DNA from: Patellaria atrata CBS 101060 | Lineage: Eukaryota | DNA: 64,000 bases | Direction of reading: 5' to 3' | Assembly (NCBI GenBank): GCA_010093705.1 | Contig: MU006107.1 | Coordinates: 356,031-420,030, forward strand | In this document: positions 1-12,000 of the stretch, in pieces | How positions within the stretch are numbered: position 1 is the stretch's first letter | Layout of the letters: each line of letters begins with the position of its first letter | Position numbers and translations under genes: made by a program | The notes under the pieces: generated by a model | Databases searched by the model: none | What the model saw: only the letters and a program-made list of their open reading frames with translations | What the model was told of the DNA's origin: nothing

Positions 1-178
1 GACAGACCGGTCCTTTGTCTCTCGAGCTGTACCGGACGAGTGCTGTATAAATGCTGTACGAATGCTTTACCATGCTGTACTGTATTCTACGCTCCACTTT
101 CCTGTACTATCCTGTACAAATTCTGTACTATGCTATACTGTGCTGTACTGTTTGTACTCTACACTCCACTGTACTGTA

Positions 179-220
179 CACTCACTCACTCACTCACTCA
201 CTCACTCACTCACTCACTCA
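179..220. repeat. (CACT)n microsatellite, ~10 units, embedded in degenerate CTGTA/TACAG pentamer-rich sequence (~40-280)
   Basis: Direct reading: cactcactcact... The short ORFs here (THSLTHSL) are artefacts of the repeat. Confidence 0.95.
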
Positions 221-926
221 CATATCCGACACCTCATTTCCCCAAGGATACAGTACACTACACTACAGTACAGGATAACCTAACCTAAATCGTACGGCAA
301 GCTGAGGTTACCTTGATACTCTGTAATACCGTAAGCGGAACCTACTTTGAGTCTGATCGACCTTAAAAAGTACTCTGGTGATTGTTGCGGTACTGGAAGG
401 GAAGGTGCGGCAGAGGGGTAAGGCAGGTACTATACCTTGGAGAGGGCGAGGTTCGTGTCGACGATGGAATAGGAAGGACGATGGACCTCCGTACTGTGTA
501 TACCCACCCTCAGGCCGATTAATTAAGGCAAGGTAAGGTAGTGAAGCGTGAATTCGAAAACGAGAGATAAGGTATGTGAATATTTCCCCTCCACTCACGT
601 AACAACTGCCTTGATAGAGGCCCACCTCAGTTAGTAATACCAGCAAAAATCAAAGCACAAAAAGTAACACATTTCATGAATTCATAACGCTCGATTTGGT
701 ATATATGCAACAGATACACTTTTTGTGAACCCCATCTATATACCTAAAATCCCCACCATCCCTACAAAGAGCCAAACCCTTCAAAAGAAGGCGGCGAGAA
801 GAAGAAGTTGCTAAGATAAAACAAGTATCGCACAAGAATAGAACGGTGAAGAATGACACGCTCTCATCCTCCCATATAGTCAACATAATACCCTACATTG
901 CCCCTATATTGAAGTGCATGGCTAGT

Positions 927-2483
927 TTACGAAGCATAAGCCTGACCAACCGTGTTCAAATTCGCCCCACTAACCAACTTGCCCTCGGCTGCCATGAAGT
1001 ATGCATACCTCTCCACAAAGTCCTGCGCGTCCATCCATTCCATGACTTCCCTCAAGAACTCGGCGATCTGTTCCGGGCTGCCGTCGGTGGTGCCGAACTC
1101 GGTGACCCAGACAGGCTTGCCGCTCATCGTGTGCGCCTTGGTTACGTGGTCCTTGAAATACTGAACGTTGTTGACGCTGTTGTACCAGTGCACGTTGACG
1201 AAGTCGACCGTGCAGCCCGAGCACGCCGAGAGGAAGCGGTCGAGGTAGTCGAGACCCATGGGTGCGGGGCCGTCGGTGACCGAAGGCGACCCGATACGTG
1301 CCTTACCGGCGAAGGGTTGCATGTGCTTCTTGTACGCGACAACCGCATCCGGGACGCTGAGACCGGACTGATCGACGTGATCAGGTTCGTTGAAGGAGAA
1401 GAGGCAGGTCGAACCGGCGTCGATGGCAGCTTGTGCGTTCTTGGCCCAGATGGTAGGGAAGTCGTACTTCAAGCCCCACATGGTTGGGACGTACTCGAAG
1501 CTAGAAGGTAGGCCGTCGGGTGTGGTGCCCCAGTTGTAGGCCCAGGAGATCTTGCCGGAGTTCTCAAAGCACTCGGTAAGAGAGGCGTCGTTATAAGACA
1601 AACCACGCTTGCTGCCGCTGTGGGGAGTAGTGGGGGCGTATGTGGGTGCGGCTGATGGGACAGGAGCTTCTGAGCTGGAGACTGGGACGCTCGGGACAAC
1701 GGATGTAGAGGGTTCAGGAGCAGGTGTATACACGGGCTCGTCTACTACTGAAGTAGTGGAGGGTTCAGGCGCAGGTGTATATACAGGTTCCACCGCGACT
1801 GGAGATGTGGTAGGTTCGGTTGAAGGGTACTCAGCAGGTGGTGAATTGTCGACCTCATGGCCCACGAGCTGGCTGGTAGCAACAGGGACAGTAGCAACCG
1901 GAACTGAGGAGGGAATCTCATATGGGACCGGGCTAGAGGTTACCGGAGCAGCTTCGGAGTTGACAGGAACTACCTCAGAGCTGACTGGGATGGCTTCAGA
2001 GCTGGCAGGCGCACCATATCCAGAGGGAGTTACAGTAATAGTGATAGGAATTCTTTCTGTGACATATACAGTGCCTCCACATTGACCTTCTCCATTCGCA
2101 GGAGTATCAACGGGAGTATCAACAGGTGCGACGTGAGCTTCTGAAACAGCTTGTTCAGCGGCGGAGGTGATAGGAGTGGAACCGACAGGTGTTCCTTCAG
2201 GTGTTTCTTCAGGAAGTGTTACGAAGACGGTTGAAGTTCTTGTTATGGTAGACTTTCTGGTCCTGTAGGACGTCCTCGTACCGTGTTGACCATGATGACC
2301 ATGACCATGCTTAGAGGATGTGGGTTCGGTAGGAGCGGGTGCCCCGTAGGAACCTGTTCCAAGAGGAGTTGTGGAGATGGGAACGGTGCTGTTGCCGAAC
2401 TCATAGCTGTAACCTCTATACGGCTGAGCGAGAACGGAAGAGACGAGGGACAGAAGCCCAAGTTGGATGAGTCTTCCAGACAT
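927..2483 (-). CDS. Secreted GH128 (Asl1-like) beta-1,3-glucanase with long Ser/Thr/Pro-rich N-terminal region, intronless, 518 aa
   Basis: Signal peptide MSGRLIQLGLLSLVSSVLA; C-terminal domain with KRGLSYN, SWAYNW, FEYVPTMWG, FNEPD (acid/base Glu) and WVTEFG (nucleophile Glu); repeated EPVYTPAPEPST units. Confidence 0.88.
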   Translation of the reverse strand: MSGRLIQLGLLSLVSSVLAQPYRGYSYEFGNSTVPISTTPLGTGSYGAPAPTEPTSSKHGHGHHGQHGTRTSYRTRKSTITRTSTVFVTLPEETPEGTPVGSTPITSAAEQAVSEAHVAPVDTPVDTPANGEGQCGGTVYVTERIPITITVTPSGYGAPASSEAIPVSSEVVPVNSEAAPVTSSPVPYEIPSSVPVATVPVATSQLVGHEVDNSPPAEYPSTEPTTSPVAVEPVYTPAPEPSTTSVVDEPVYTPAPEPSTSVVPSVPVSSSEAPVPSAAPTYAPTTPHSGSKRGLSYNDASLTECFENSGKISWAYNWGTTPDGLPSSFEYVPTMWGLKYDFPTIWAKNAQAAIDAGSTCLFSFNEPDHVDQSGLSVPDAVVAYKKHMQPFAGKARIGSPSVTDGPAPMGLDYLDRFLSACSGCTVDFVNVHWYNSVNNVQYFKDHVTKAHTMSGKPVWVTEFGTTDGSPEQIAEFLREVMEWMDAQDFVERYAYFMAAEGKLVSGANLNTVGQAYAS

Positions 2484-2994
2484 GGTTGATGAAGATGGAG
2501 GAACGGTTAGATGTTGATTTTTGAAAGAGTTGTTGATATTTGACAGAGAATGGATGGGGATGACTTTCTAGAGTGCTTATCCACGACAGTTGCCGACCAG
2601 GGCTATTGCAAAGGAAGAAAAAAAGAATGAATTGTCTTAACTAGAAGACAATAGAGAATGTAACGAGCGAATGCTCTGTAGTGAATGTGGTTTGCAACAA
2701 GTCAGGCACGAAGGCAGGGTGAAGAGGAAAAGAGGAGGAAGAGAACAAAGGAAGGTGGATAATATGGGCTAATAATATAGTCACGGGGGATAAGAAAGAA
2801 GTGTCAGCAAACCAAGTCAAAGAGGTGAAAGCCCAGACTTTCTTTGGCCAGCGCTTTGTTTCATCATAAGCATGGCCTGGTGGCTACGCAAGCTTATTCG
2901 TGAGGTTAGCGCACGCCTGCGCAGTCAGCAAAGAAAGACAAAGGGAGAGGAGGCGAGAGGAGGAGAGACCAGGGGAACAAGAAACGGGGAAGGT

Positions 2995-3030
2995 GGAAGT
3001 GTGGGAAGTGTGGGAAGTGTGGGAAGTGTG
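2995..3030. repeat. (GGAAGTGTG)x4 tandem repeat upstream of the GH128 gene
   Basis: Four exact 9-mer copies read directly. Confidence 0.9.
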
Positions 3031-4450
3031 GTGGGGTACCTTAGTAATTGGCTGTGTTTGGCTTGATTCACGTTGAGATTCAGGTACAAGCGCAAGATTA
3101 TAATCGAGCTAAAAGTAACTAAAAGCAATGGCGTGCATCTGTAACAAGCCAACGCTGAGCCCCTAGGCCGATTGGCGTCGTGTTTTCCGCACCGAGCAGG
3201 CTGATTCACGTGTTTACACCCTCGATTGGCTGCCCCTAATGAAAAGGGGGCTGCGGATCTCCAGGATACTCAAAGCTTGTTCATGCCCAGGAGTTTCGAA
3301 ACCTCCGAGCGAGAAAACTTCTGGTCTTCCGGAATTCAGGCTCGAATCAGGAACCGCCGGGTGCGGGTCTCCTCCCAGAAAAGGGCTGGTTCACGATAAA
3401 TGCACCAGAGACATCTCATCAAAGAGGGGATCATGCTGGCTTTGCTGATAATTTTGCTAACCAAATCCCGCTCTGACGGTCCTGTCTCCATCCTTACACG
3501 TTGGCATCCTAGCCACGTCGTCGTCAAGAGATGCGAGACTGCGATGATTGTTGAACCATTTCAAAGCCAATACGCCCACGTAGCCGGAGATAAAACCATG
3601 GAGACGAAAACAAAGAGCCGCCTACTTGTCCAGAAAGGGATCTTTTGTAAATAATCAAAGCACTCGAATTATTAGAGGCGTAATATAGGCTCTATTGTGG
3701 CACGTAAGCTACATTATCGACATTGGTATAAAGCAGCTGTCTGACCTTACACGGTTGGAATTTCCCTTGACCTGTTGTGTACTGCAACTGTATCCAACAC
3801 ATGCTCATCTGTCTGACCCAACAAGGACAACCGTACCTAGATTTCTAATAATAAAAAGAGTCCGCATCCTATCCTGAAATAAGGTAGACAATATCTAATC
3901 ATTGAAAGCAACTATATTCTTCTCAAGACTAGAATACTGATAAAATCTTGAGAACGTGAGAAACTGCTCTCAACTATGCAGAGAAACACATCCTCTATTA
4001 GTACGTAAGCTATTTCATGCGGCGCTAAAATATTCGCATTTGCGCCGTGCTGCAACGTGCTCTCTTCGGCTCTCCAACCCATCAATCAGGTTGTGAATCA
4101 ACTCCAGGGACATTCATCAGAAATGGATAGAAAGCCAACGGATCAGAAGAAAGCCGGAGAAGCTCGAACACCACCTCCAAAGTGATGGATATTAATGATA
4201 CAATGTACAACATACTGATCATGCTCCCAAGATACCCATGACCCTGACTCAAGATAACCAACCCATAGTTTAGCTCACCTTACGCCATGCAGAAACGCAT
4301 CGTACCAGTCCTCTGGGTAACCCTTTTCCCTTCCACATCATGACCTTTGCGCCAGCAATGCAGGTCATATCAGAATTCATCGGTTTGTAAATATCGCTAT
4401 GCATTTGAAAGATAACCGGAAAGAGAACAAATTCATTAGAGACCAATCGA

Positions 4451-7159
4451 TTATGCCAGATATCTGTATGATGGGACGGCGGCATCTTCTATACGCTCGA
4501 GGAATTCTCGTTCAATCAAGCTCTCGATACGCTTCTTGATCATGTTGACGTCCGGTTTGAACCGAGAAGCCAGTTGGGTGATCGTCTCGGTGAGTAGCTG
4601 TTGGTGCGCAAGCTCCTTCCGTTGCCTAAAGCACGAAGCCATGTTAGTGAAAGTAGACTATCGCGTAAATATGTGAGAACATACTTCATTATACGGACGA
4701 CAGCTGCTTCGATGAGATTCTTCCGAGCATCATCGTTCCTCTTCTCCGTCTCTTTGCGCTCTTTCTCTCCTTCGACTTTGTTCCCAGCGGATATAACACC
4801 AACCTTGATCTTGATGAACTTGCTTTGGAATGAGTCGTTGAAGAAGAACTTATCCCCAGCGTTGATTTCCCTACTCATGGGTTCCTTGCGCAAAATTCTA
4901 GTCTTCGGTGCTACTGCCAAAGACTGCAGGTTTCGTCTTAAATCATGTGTCGGGATATTCGTTCGGGCTTGAATCTCTTCTAAACTTAATGATTGATCGG
5001 CCGGTAGATCATTGAAGAGCATTAGTATTATCATTGCATACGTAGAGACGTTCAATTCGTGCCTCCGCTCTTTCAAAGCACCATTGTTAGATGCTACCTT
5101 CGCAAACGTGGCGCGGATATCAGCCGTTCCCATATTCGGCTGCCAGGTCAAGAGTCGTCCTGAATGCTTCTGAGCATAAAATTTCTCGAATCCTTGTTTG
5201 ACTCGCTCAATTGCTGAAGGGAATATACACTTCGTCTGTGTACCATCGCCTTGCTCTCCAGGACCGCTAGTACCATCCATAGGCCAGGTACCGCTAGTAA
5301 GGACGTTGATAGAAAGGTCCACCCGTTGTGGATCCACATCTCCCAGACCGGCAACATACTCTCTATATTTGTTAGAAAGGTCCTGGGATATCGCCATGTC
5401 TTTGAACATAGCTTCCATTTTGAGCGTGAAATTGTTCCCTAGCTCGATCTTCATACGCATCAGCATTTGCTTCTCTACGTCCACGCTTACAGATTTATTC
5501 ATAAGTAAACGTCTGCCAAGATGTTTCTTATAATATCTCTCAAACATGTCTTTGTCTTGGATATAACGGAGTAGTGTGATCGCTTTTTCCAGGATGATAT
5601 CTGCTTCAGACTCAGATTTATCCTTAAGACCCTTCTTCATATTCTCGTCAATGAAGAGCGAAACGTATTCAGAAGAACGCGGGAAGAAGTTAATGAAATC
5701 CGCAAAGCTTCTTGTCAAAGAGGTTTGAATAACTTGGTCGGATTGGAAAGCATCCTTCCATATCTGATCGAATCGGTCCTTTAGCTGAAGAACATCCTCA
5801 ACCCATTTCAGAGCTGCGAAAGTCTGCTGGTTAAGTACCACAGGAGCCTTGGATTTCTCGGCTCCATCTTCTCCAGGAACTATTAGAGGTTGGCCGAGTG
5901 ACGAATCCATCGCGGCCTTGTTTACATCAGCTCCCATCTGACCTATCCGCTTTTGTACGGCCGCTGTCAAGTGGGTCTTTTTGGGATCTACTCGCGCATT
6001 AAGGTCGTACACCATCCCAAGTTCGTCCAAGCGGTCATTGTCGATCATGAATATTACACCACTTTCCATGTCGATCACTTCTTGAATCTTATTAGAGATC
6101 AACTCTTCTTCCACCACTTTCTCAATCTTCCCTCGAGTAGTCTCGGAAAGAGATGCTTTACATCGGTCTTGTTCTTCCTCGAGCCTCTTCTTGGTGTGCC
6201 TACAATATAGGCCAGCTGTAGAATCTCGCAGAAGAGTCTCACCTTCTGAGCGATAAAATTCTCTGCTAGCCTCAAGGAACTCTGTTTCAAAGGACGTAAT
6301 ATAAAGTCTCTGATCCTCGTTTTCTACGTCCGTCTCGTATAGACCTTCGAGCATATAGATGCATGACTTGATAAGAGACTTGTTGATCTGATCCCCTTCG
6401 CGTTCCATTCGTATTTGCTCGAGAATAACGTGGTTCAATATGGAAAGAATCGAGAAATCCGATGAATCGGGAAAAGCTTGAGGCTTTAAGATATTGTCCC
6501 GGAATAAAGACATCGCACATGCAAATATGTGAGCCTGTCTATGGTCTGTACAATACACTCGGTCCTAAACAGATACTATTAGTCGCTATTGTCTTGTTTC
6601 TGTGCGGACTGTGTATTAGACCTACCATATACATAAGGACGTCCGCTAACATGCTCATGCACAACTGATGGTTTTGCCACGCATTCTTTAGGCCTGTCAA
6701 GAACTTTTGACCAGAGATACGTCTCTCGTTTGGAGTTGACCCATTATTCGCTCCTTGTGATATGAGACTGCTGGTCAGTTGCTCCTGTATATAGGACCGA
6801 ACCTCCGTGCTTAACCAGTTCTGTTCAAAATCTCGCACACGTTTGTACAAGGCTTCGCCCCGTTTCTTTAGTACAATCCTATATGCATATCGATATAGCT
6901 CCTCGTAGGAAAGCGTAGACGCGTTCTTTGTGTGTATCTGACGAAATGCGGCAGACAGAATTTCCCACATGCTTTCGAAGTCTACATCATCTCCGTTTAG
7001 GCCCTATGTCATAGTCATTATCTCAGTAAGGATCAAGGACAACAAAGTTGAGCCAAAGGTACGGTGATGTTCGTAGTTGGAGTAGCTTTGGATAATTCAC
7101 AGTGCACTACTTACACGACGAGGCGGCCTTATCTTGCCTCTTCCTCTGCCGGTGAGCAT
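4451..7159 (-). CDS. CUL3: Cullin-3; exons 7159-7115, 7003-6626, 6564-4685, 4625-4451 (825 aa)
   Basis: N-terminal GKIRPPRR, LSYEELYRYAY, cullin domain DKDMFERYYKKHLGRRLL, neddylation motif IEAAVVRIMKQRK, C-terminal IKKRIESLIEREFL; three GT-AG introns keep the frame. Confidence 0.95.
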
Positions 7160-7601
7160 AGTGAGGCCTTGTTTCCTGGCTTTGTTACTGTAGAAGAAAG
7201 TAGGACTAGCTTGGTTCTATGTCCGATTCTATAAAAGTGTAGTGGTAAACCCGAGGGGTATAGTCGAGGAAAAAGAGAAGCTCTTGTAGAAAAGAGAGAT
7301 TGTGTGAACAAAACTGGTCCGACGCCAATGCTAGGCTTAGATTTGTAAACTGAGAAATGTCCCGTAGATTTTCAAAGGAATCATGTAGCAACAGCCTGGG
7401 TACGTGGTGAAAGATCAAGCTCGCTCGTGGTGGGTTGTTTTCAACCGCCGGAATTTCTTCGGCTCAGCCTTGTGACAGCTTGCTGCGCATGAAAGCATCT
7501 TGAAGAGTGAAGTCATTTGCCATATGTAGTACTGATTCAGAATATTTCACCCCTTTTAATCTTCCTCCCACTGTCAAACTTTAATTACACTCTACGTCAA
7601 C

Positions 7602-8621
7602 ATGAACCACAAACAGTCTTTCCTGCGCTTCCTCGCGCAATCTTCAACTGCTCCGCGCATCCTCCCATCTCCATCGTTCGCCGCAAGTCATCGCCGTCTC
7701 CCTCACATTGCACAACCTGCCAGGCTTCGAACTCTTCACCCGCCGCACCGATCCTTCATTTTCGGCAGCATACGTCTCGAATCGACCTCTCCGTCTTCAC
7801 GACCATTGACAGATAGAGTCGAGAACGATGCAACCGCAAACCAAGCGTCGCGCCAGGCGGTGCCGTCCTACATAATGAGCTTCACATGTCGCAAATGCCA
7901 CGAGCGCTCCTCACACAAAGTATCTAAACAGGGATACCACCACGGCACAGTACTCATAACCTGCACGGGGTGTAAGAATAAGCATTTGATCAGCGATCAT
8001 TTAAAGGTATGTTGAAAGAAAGTTAACTGGACAAATTTGTTGTATTTTTTTTAGAAAAGAGGGACGCAAATGCAAGGGTACATGTTCCCTGTCAAGCTGA
8101 TCGGTTAGCACATACGGCCATAGAACAAGGAAAATAGGGCATCCCGTTCGCTCTGCCATACTCAAGCCTTGTATCGGTGCAGTAGTAGTTGGGTGGGTGA
8201 CCACCAGCGAATGCGCACTGCTGTATGTTTTTACTTTTGAATCTGCGCTTGTTGCTAATTTTTTTTACTATTGACTTGTTCTCTATGCTTCCGTTTCTTT
8301 TTGTTCACTAGAAAGAGTCATTTATGTCCACAGCACCCGGACTAACATACTTCCCAGATATTTTCAGACACAGGCATTACAATTGAAGAGATCCTTACCA
8401 AAAAGGGCGAGACCATCCAAAAGGGAACCCTTGAGTTCTCCCCAAATGATGAAGTCATCACTACTCCGCCTCCATCCTTAAGAGAAAGTCTTGGCGACCA
8501 GATATATAAGAAGTGGTCCCATCTGGATGAAATAGCGAAGAGAGACGCTGCTGCGGCCAGTCAAGCAGCTTCTACTTCTTCGCGGAAAACATCGCATGTA
8601 CCGTGGAATAAGAAATCGTAA
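7602..8621 (+). CDS. ZIM17: Mitochondrial DNL-type zinc finger Hsp70 escort protein (Zim17/Tim15/Hep1); exons 7602-8006 and 8358-8621 (222 aa)
   Basis: Arg/Ser-rich presequence; FTCRKC...SKQGYHHGTVLITCTGCKNKHLISDHLK|IFSD. A phase-0 intron 8007-8357 (GTATGT...ACTAAC...CCCAG) restores the DHLKIF motif. Confidence 0.92.
8110..8228 (+). rRNA. 5S rRNA: 5S rRNA gene (119 nt), intronic in ZIM17
   Basis: ACATACGGCCATAG...TAGTAGTTGGGTGGGTGACCACCAGCGAAT...GCTGTATGT matches the Pezizomycotina 5S pattern. Helices I, II, IV and V pair by inspection, and a T-run follows. Confidence 0.95.
8228..8232 (+). terminator. RNA polymerase III T-tract terminator of the 5S gene (back-up T-run ~8259-8267)
   Basis: TTTTT at and immediately after the 5S 3' end. 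Confidence 0.75.
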
Positions 8622-9079
8622 TGGGCATGAAAAATTATGATGGATCTGTATATTATAGGTATTCTATGATTTATATTCAAAATCGGTGGAACAAGAGCTG
8701 TTTGATGGCGTTGTATACACTCTCATGTATGACCTAGAACTGACTGGTTGTAAAAAAGAGTTGCTTCGTCTCTACTTTTGTCAATGCATTCTCAGTTTAT
8801 CTTATACCTACATTACGAGAAGGGCCGACTTTGCTGTGAAGTTCGTAGACATTTCACCATAGCTCGAAATGGAGACTTTACTCCGTCCAGCTCATGGACG
8901 GAACAGGACGTGCACAAACATAGAGGGATGCCGTCGGACACAGAAAGGAACGTATTAAAACTTTGAAAATATTCAGTTCCACTTTCCTAGCACCAGCAAA
9001 TGCACGAGAACCAAGTCTACTCTACAAAACTCCAGATCTATGCATTAATACCTTCCCTAATCCGCAACCCCAAGCCACT

Positions 9080-12000
9080 TCACCAACCCCTTCTCCGTCC
9101 CCTAGCCTCCGCAGCTACCTCCTTCCTCTTCGCCTTCTTAGCCTCCGTCTTCTTTCTCTTTTCCCTACCCCACTTCTCAGGATCCCTAACAGCCTCGATG
9201 CGCCTCTTTATTCTCCTACCTTCCCTCTTCTCCCTAACCGCATCCCTAACCTTCTGCAACGCAGCCACATATTCCGTCGTCCCCAACTTCTGTTGCACGA
9301 TTCCCATGGTCTCCGCAGCAGTATCCTTTAACGCCTTGTAGGCGTTCGTAAAGGCCGGGTTGGAGGAGTGCGGTGCCGGAACGTTGGTATCGGTGAGGTT
9401 GTGTAGGGGTAGTAATATGCTGAACAGGCTAGGCGTGAGCGCCTCTTTACTTAGACCGTTACATAATGCGGCTACTAGTTGAAGAGATGCGGTCTTTGGG
9501 TACAGGGAAGGGCTCTTATTCGACTCAAGATCGCGCCTGAGAATCCAGGAGAGGCGCTCGAAGAGATACTGCAGAGCTGTTTTCTTCTTCGGCCGACTGC
9601 TCTCGTTATCGTCTTCAATGCCGTCCTCGTCGTCCTCCGACTCTTCATCCTCTTGATGAGTATACTTCCAGCAAAGGTTATTAGCATCGAAACAGCGGCC
9701 TAGGAACACGAGGTTACGAGCGGTTTGATTCGTGATCTCCTCAGTCACACCAGATACCTTGAGCATGCGCGTACTCGCAGCCGTCAACCGTAACATATCA
9801 TCAGCAGTAAGCTGAAGGCCGCCAGATCCGTTGAGAGGCACAGACGAGAGACCGTCCTTAGCATTTGTGCTTCCGATATCTTGGAAGAAAAGGCCGACTA
9901 GCCGCGCGGCAGATAGTTTAACCCATGCATGAGGAAAAGAGAGGCATGAATGGACTGATGACCATATCCCAGAGTTTGCTGATTGAAAGGTGATGTTCGG
10001 TGACAATTCACAAAGTTTAGCGAAGCTTTGCAATGCATAGTACAAAATCTCCCATTCCGAATCTTCGCCTGTGCTTGTGTTCTGATTGAGGATCCGATCT
10101 ATCTCGTTCAGTACGAGATTCACTTGTTTATCTGAGCTTCTCCCTATCTCAAAATAGAATGTCCAGCATTGTAGCGCAACCCTTCGTAATAGAGGTCGGT
10201 CAGTTTGAGTCAACCAAGTCCGGAGTAAAGCGGAAAATGATTTCATTGACTCCTTGCCTGCCCTTTCAAAAATTTTCTTTACTAGCATCCCGGCCATGCC
10301 ACGGCAATCGCTGGACTCGTCATTCACCATGACCATGACTAGCGGGACGAACATTGTGCTCAGCATTTCCTGGATGATATCATCACCAACCTTATTGAAT
10401 ATAAGATTAATTGCCTCCATAATGGACTGTCTACCCTCGATGTATTTGTACTCTAGGTTCTTTACGAGGAATGCCAGCTGTTTGGCCAGCCTATCTTTTC
10501 CTTGGGGATATTCCATGAGAAATTGGAAGTAGACCGCCCGCGCAAGATCTCGTGATGTTCTCGTTTGATTGGTAACCATGATAGAAGCGACTGTGTCCAA
10601 GACCTCGTACAATTCGACTATGACTATCTTGCGGCTCATGATCGCTTTTATGAAATTGAATGTAACACCTTGGCGGTCAGGTTCTTCCAAATCAGGATTA
10701 AGTCTCAACAGCAGGTAACTCAAATCCGCCTCTTTGACCTCGGTTCTACGACGCTCCCGGAGGATAGCAGATACAAGTTTCAAAGCAGCTTGAGCTATTT
10801 CCGAGTTCATGGAAGGTACACCACGTATGATTCGAACTGCTTCAGATATGTAAACCTTCGAGTTCGCGTCGATGTCCGGTAATGGAACCTTGATGATTGT
10901 GGTCAACAAGCGTATAGAGGCCATTTGGACCTCTTCTTGACCCTGAACAAGAGCGTCCCCTATCACTGGCATAAATCCTGAAATGTTTTCTGGGGTCCGT
11001 AAGCTATCATGTTTGTGAAGTATTGTCCGGAGGATATCCAATGAAAAACGAATAATCTTGTGGACGTGTGAAGTCGTTGCACCCTTCGTAATAGATTTGT
11101 TCGCACTTTTCATTGCAACTAGATACCTTCTTGTCCTATAATCTTCGAGATTTTCTTTGCTAGGATTCTCTCCGTTCTTGTAAGCATCTTTGATGATTTC
11201 ATAACAAAATACCAGGATGGCACGATCTTCAATGGAGTTATTGTGTGATATACCCAATCCAACTCGACGAAGCAGCTCGTCTATTTTCCTTACGGTCTTG
11301 AGGTCCAACTTTTCCTGAAGCAAAGCCTTAACCGGTTGGACGAGCTTGACGAGGTGACTAGTCGATGTTACTTTTGCGATCAACTCCATAGAGTCGTAAC
11401 TCTTACTGCTCTTGACCTCCTTCATCTTACTGATGTATTCTTCAGCATCCTTTTCTTGGCCAGTTGTACCAAAGATATCATCCATGATAATTGTGACGAT
11501 GGAATTCAGACATGAGTCCAGATCTCCAGGTTGTAAAGTTTCGGACATGGAAACTAATATCGAATGTACCGTGAACGACAATACATGGAGCTGATACCCA
11601 CGAAGCAGAGCAGACCGTAGCTCCTTGATAATAAATTCGAGATACTCTGGTCCGATAAGAATGGCTACGTCAACAAGAGTCCGTCGAACCATGTCTCGAG
11701 ACTCTTGCGCTCTACTGCGAAGTATGTGGGCCATATCCATCAAAACTGGAGGCAGTCTCTGATTAAATTCCTCAAGTCCCAGCATCTTTAGCAGTTTTAC
11801 TACTGCAACGGCTACAGGAACGCGAAGACTAACAGTAGACTCATCTTTATTGCGAACATGAATCGTCAGAGGTGGAAGAATGTTATTCACCAGTTCTTGA
11901 CTCAGCTTTTCTTGACTCGGGATGGTTTTAACAAGTTTACTTTCCTTTAAAACAGCTTCTAGCCACTCGTCCTGTTGTGCGCGTTCATTGGAATTCGCTG

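Noticed and set aside
308..646. 112-aa minus-strand ORF as a possible transposon relic
   Set aside because: No transposase or RT motifs; only TACCT/AGGTA-rich sequence common to spacers in this window.
846..2085. Plus-strand ORFs of 221 and 158 aa overlapping GH128, and many similar antisense ORFs over other genes
   Set aside because: Shadow frames caused by codon bias of the real genes; no recognisable motifs.
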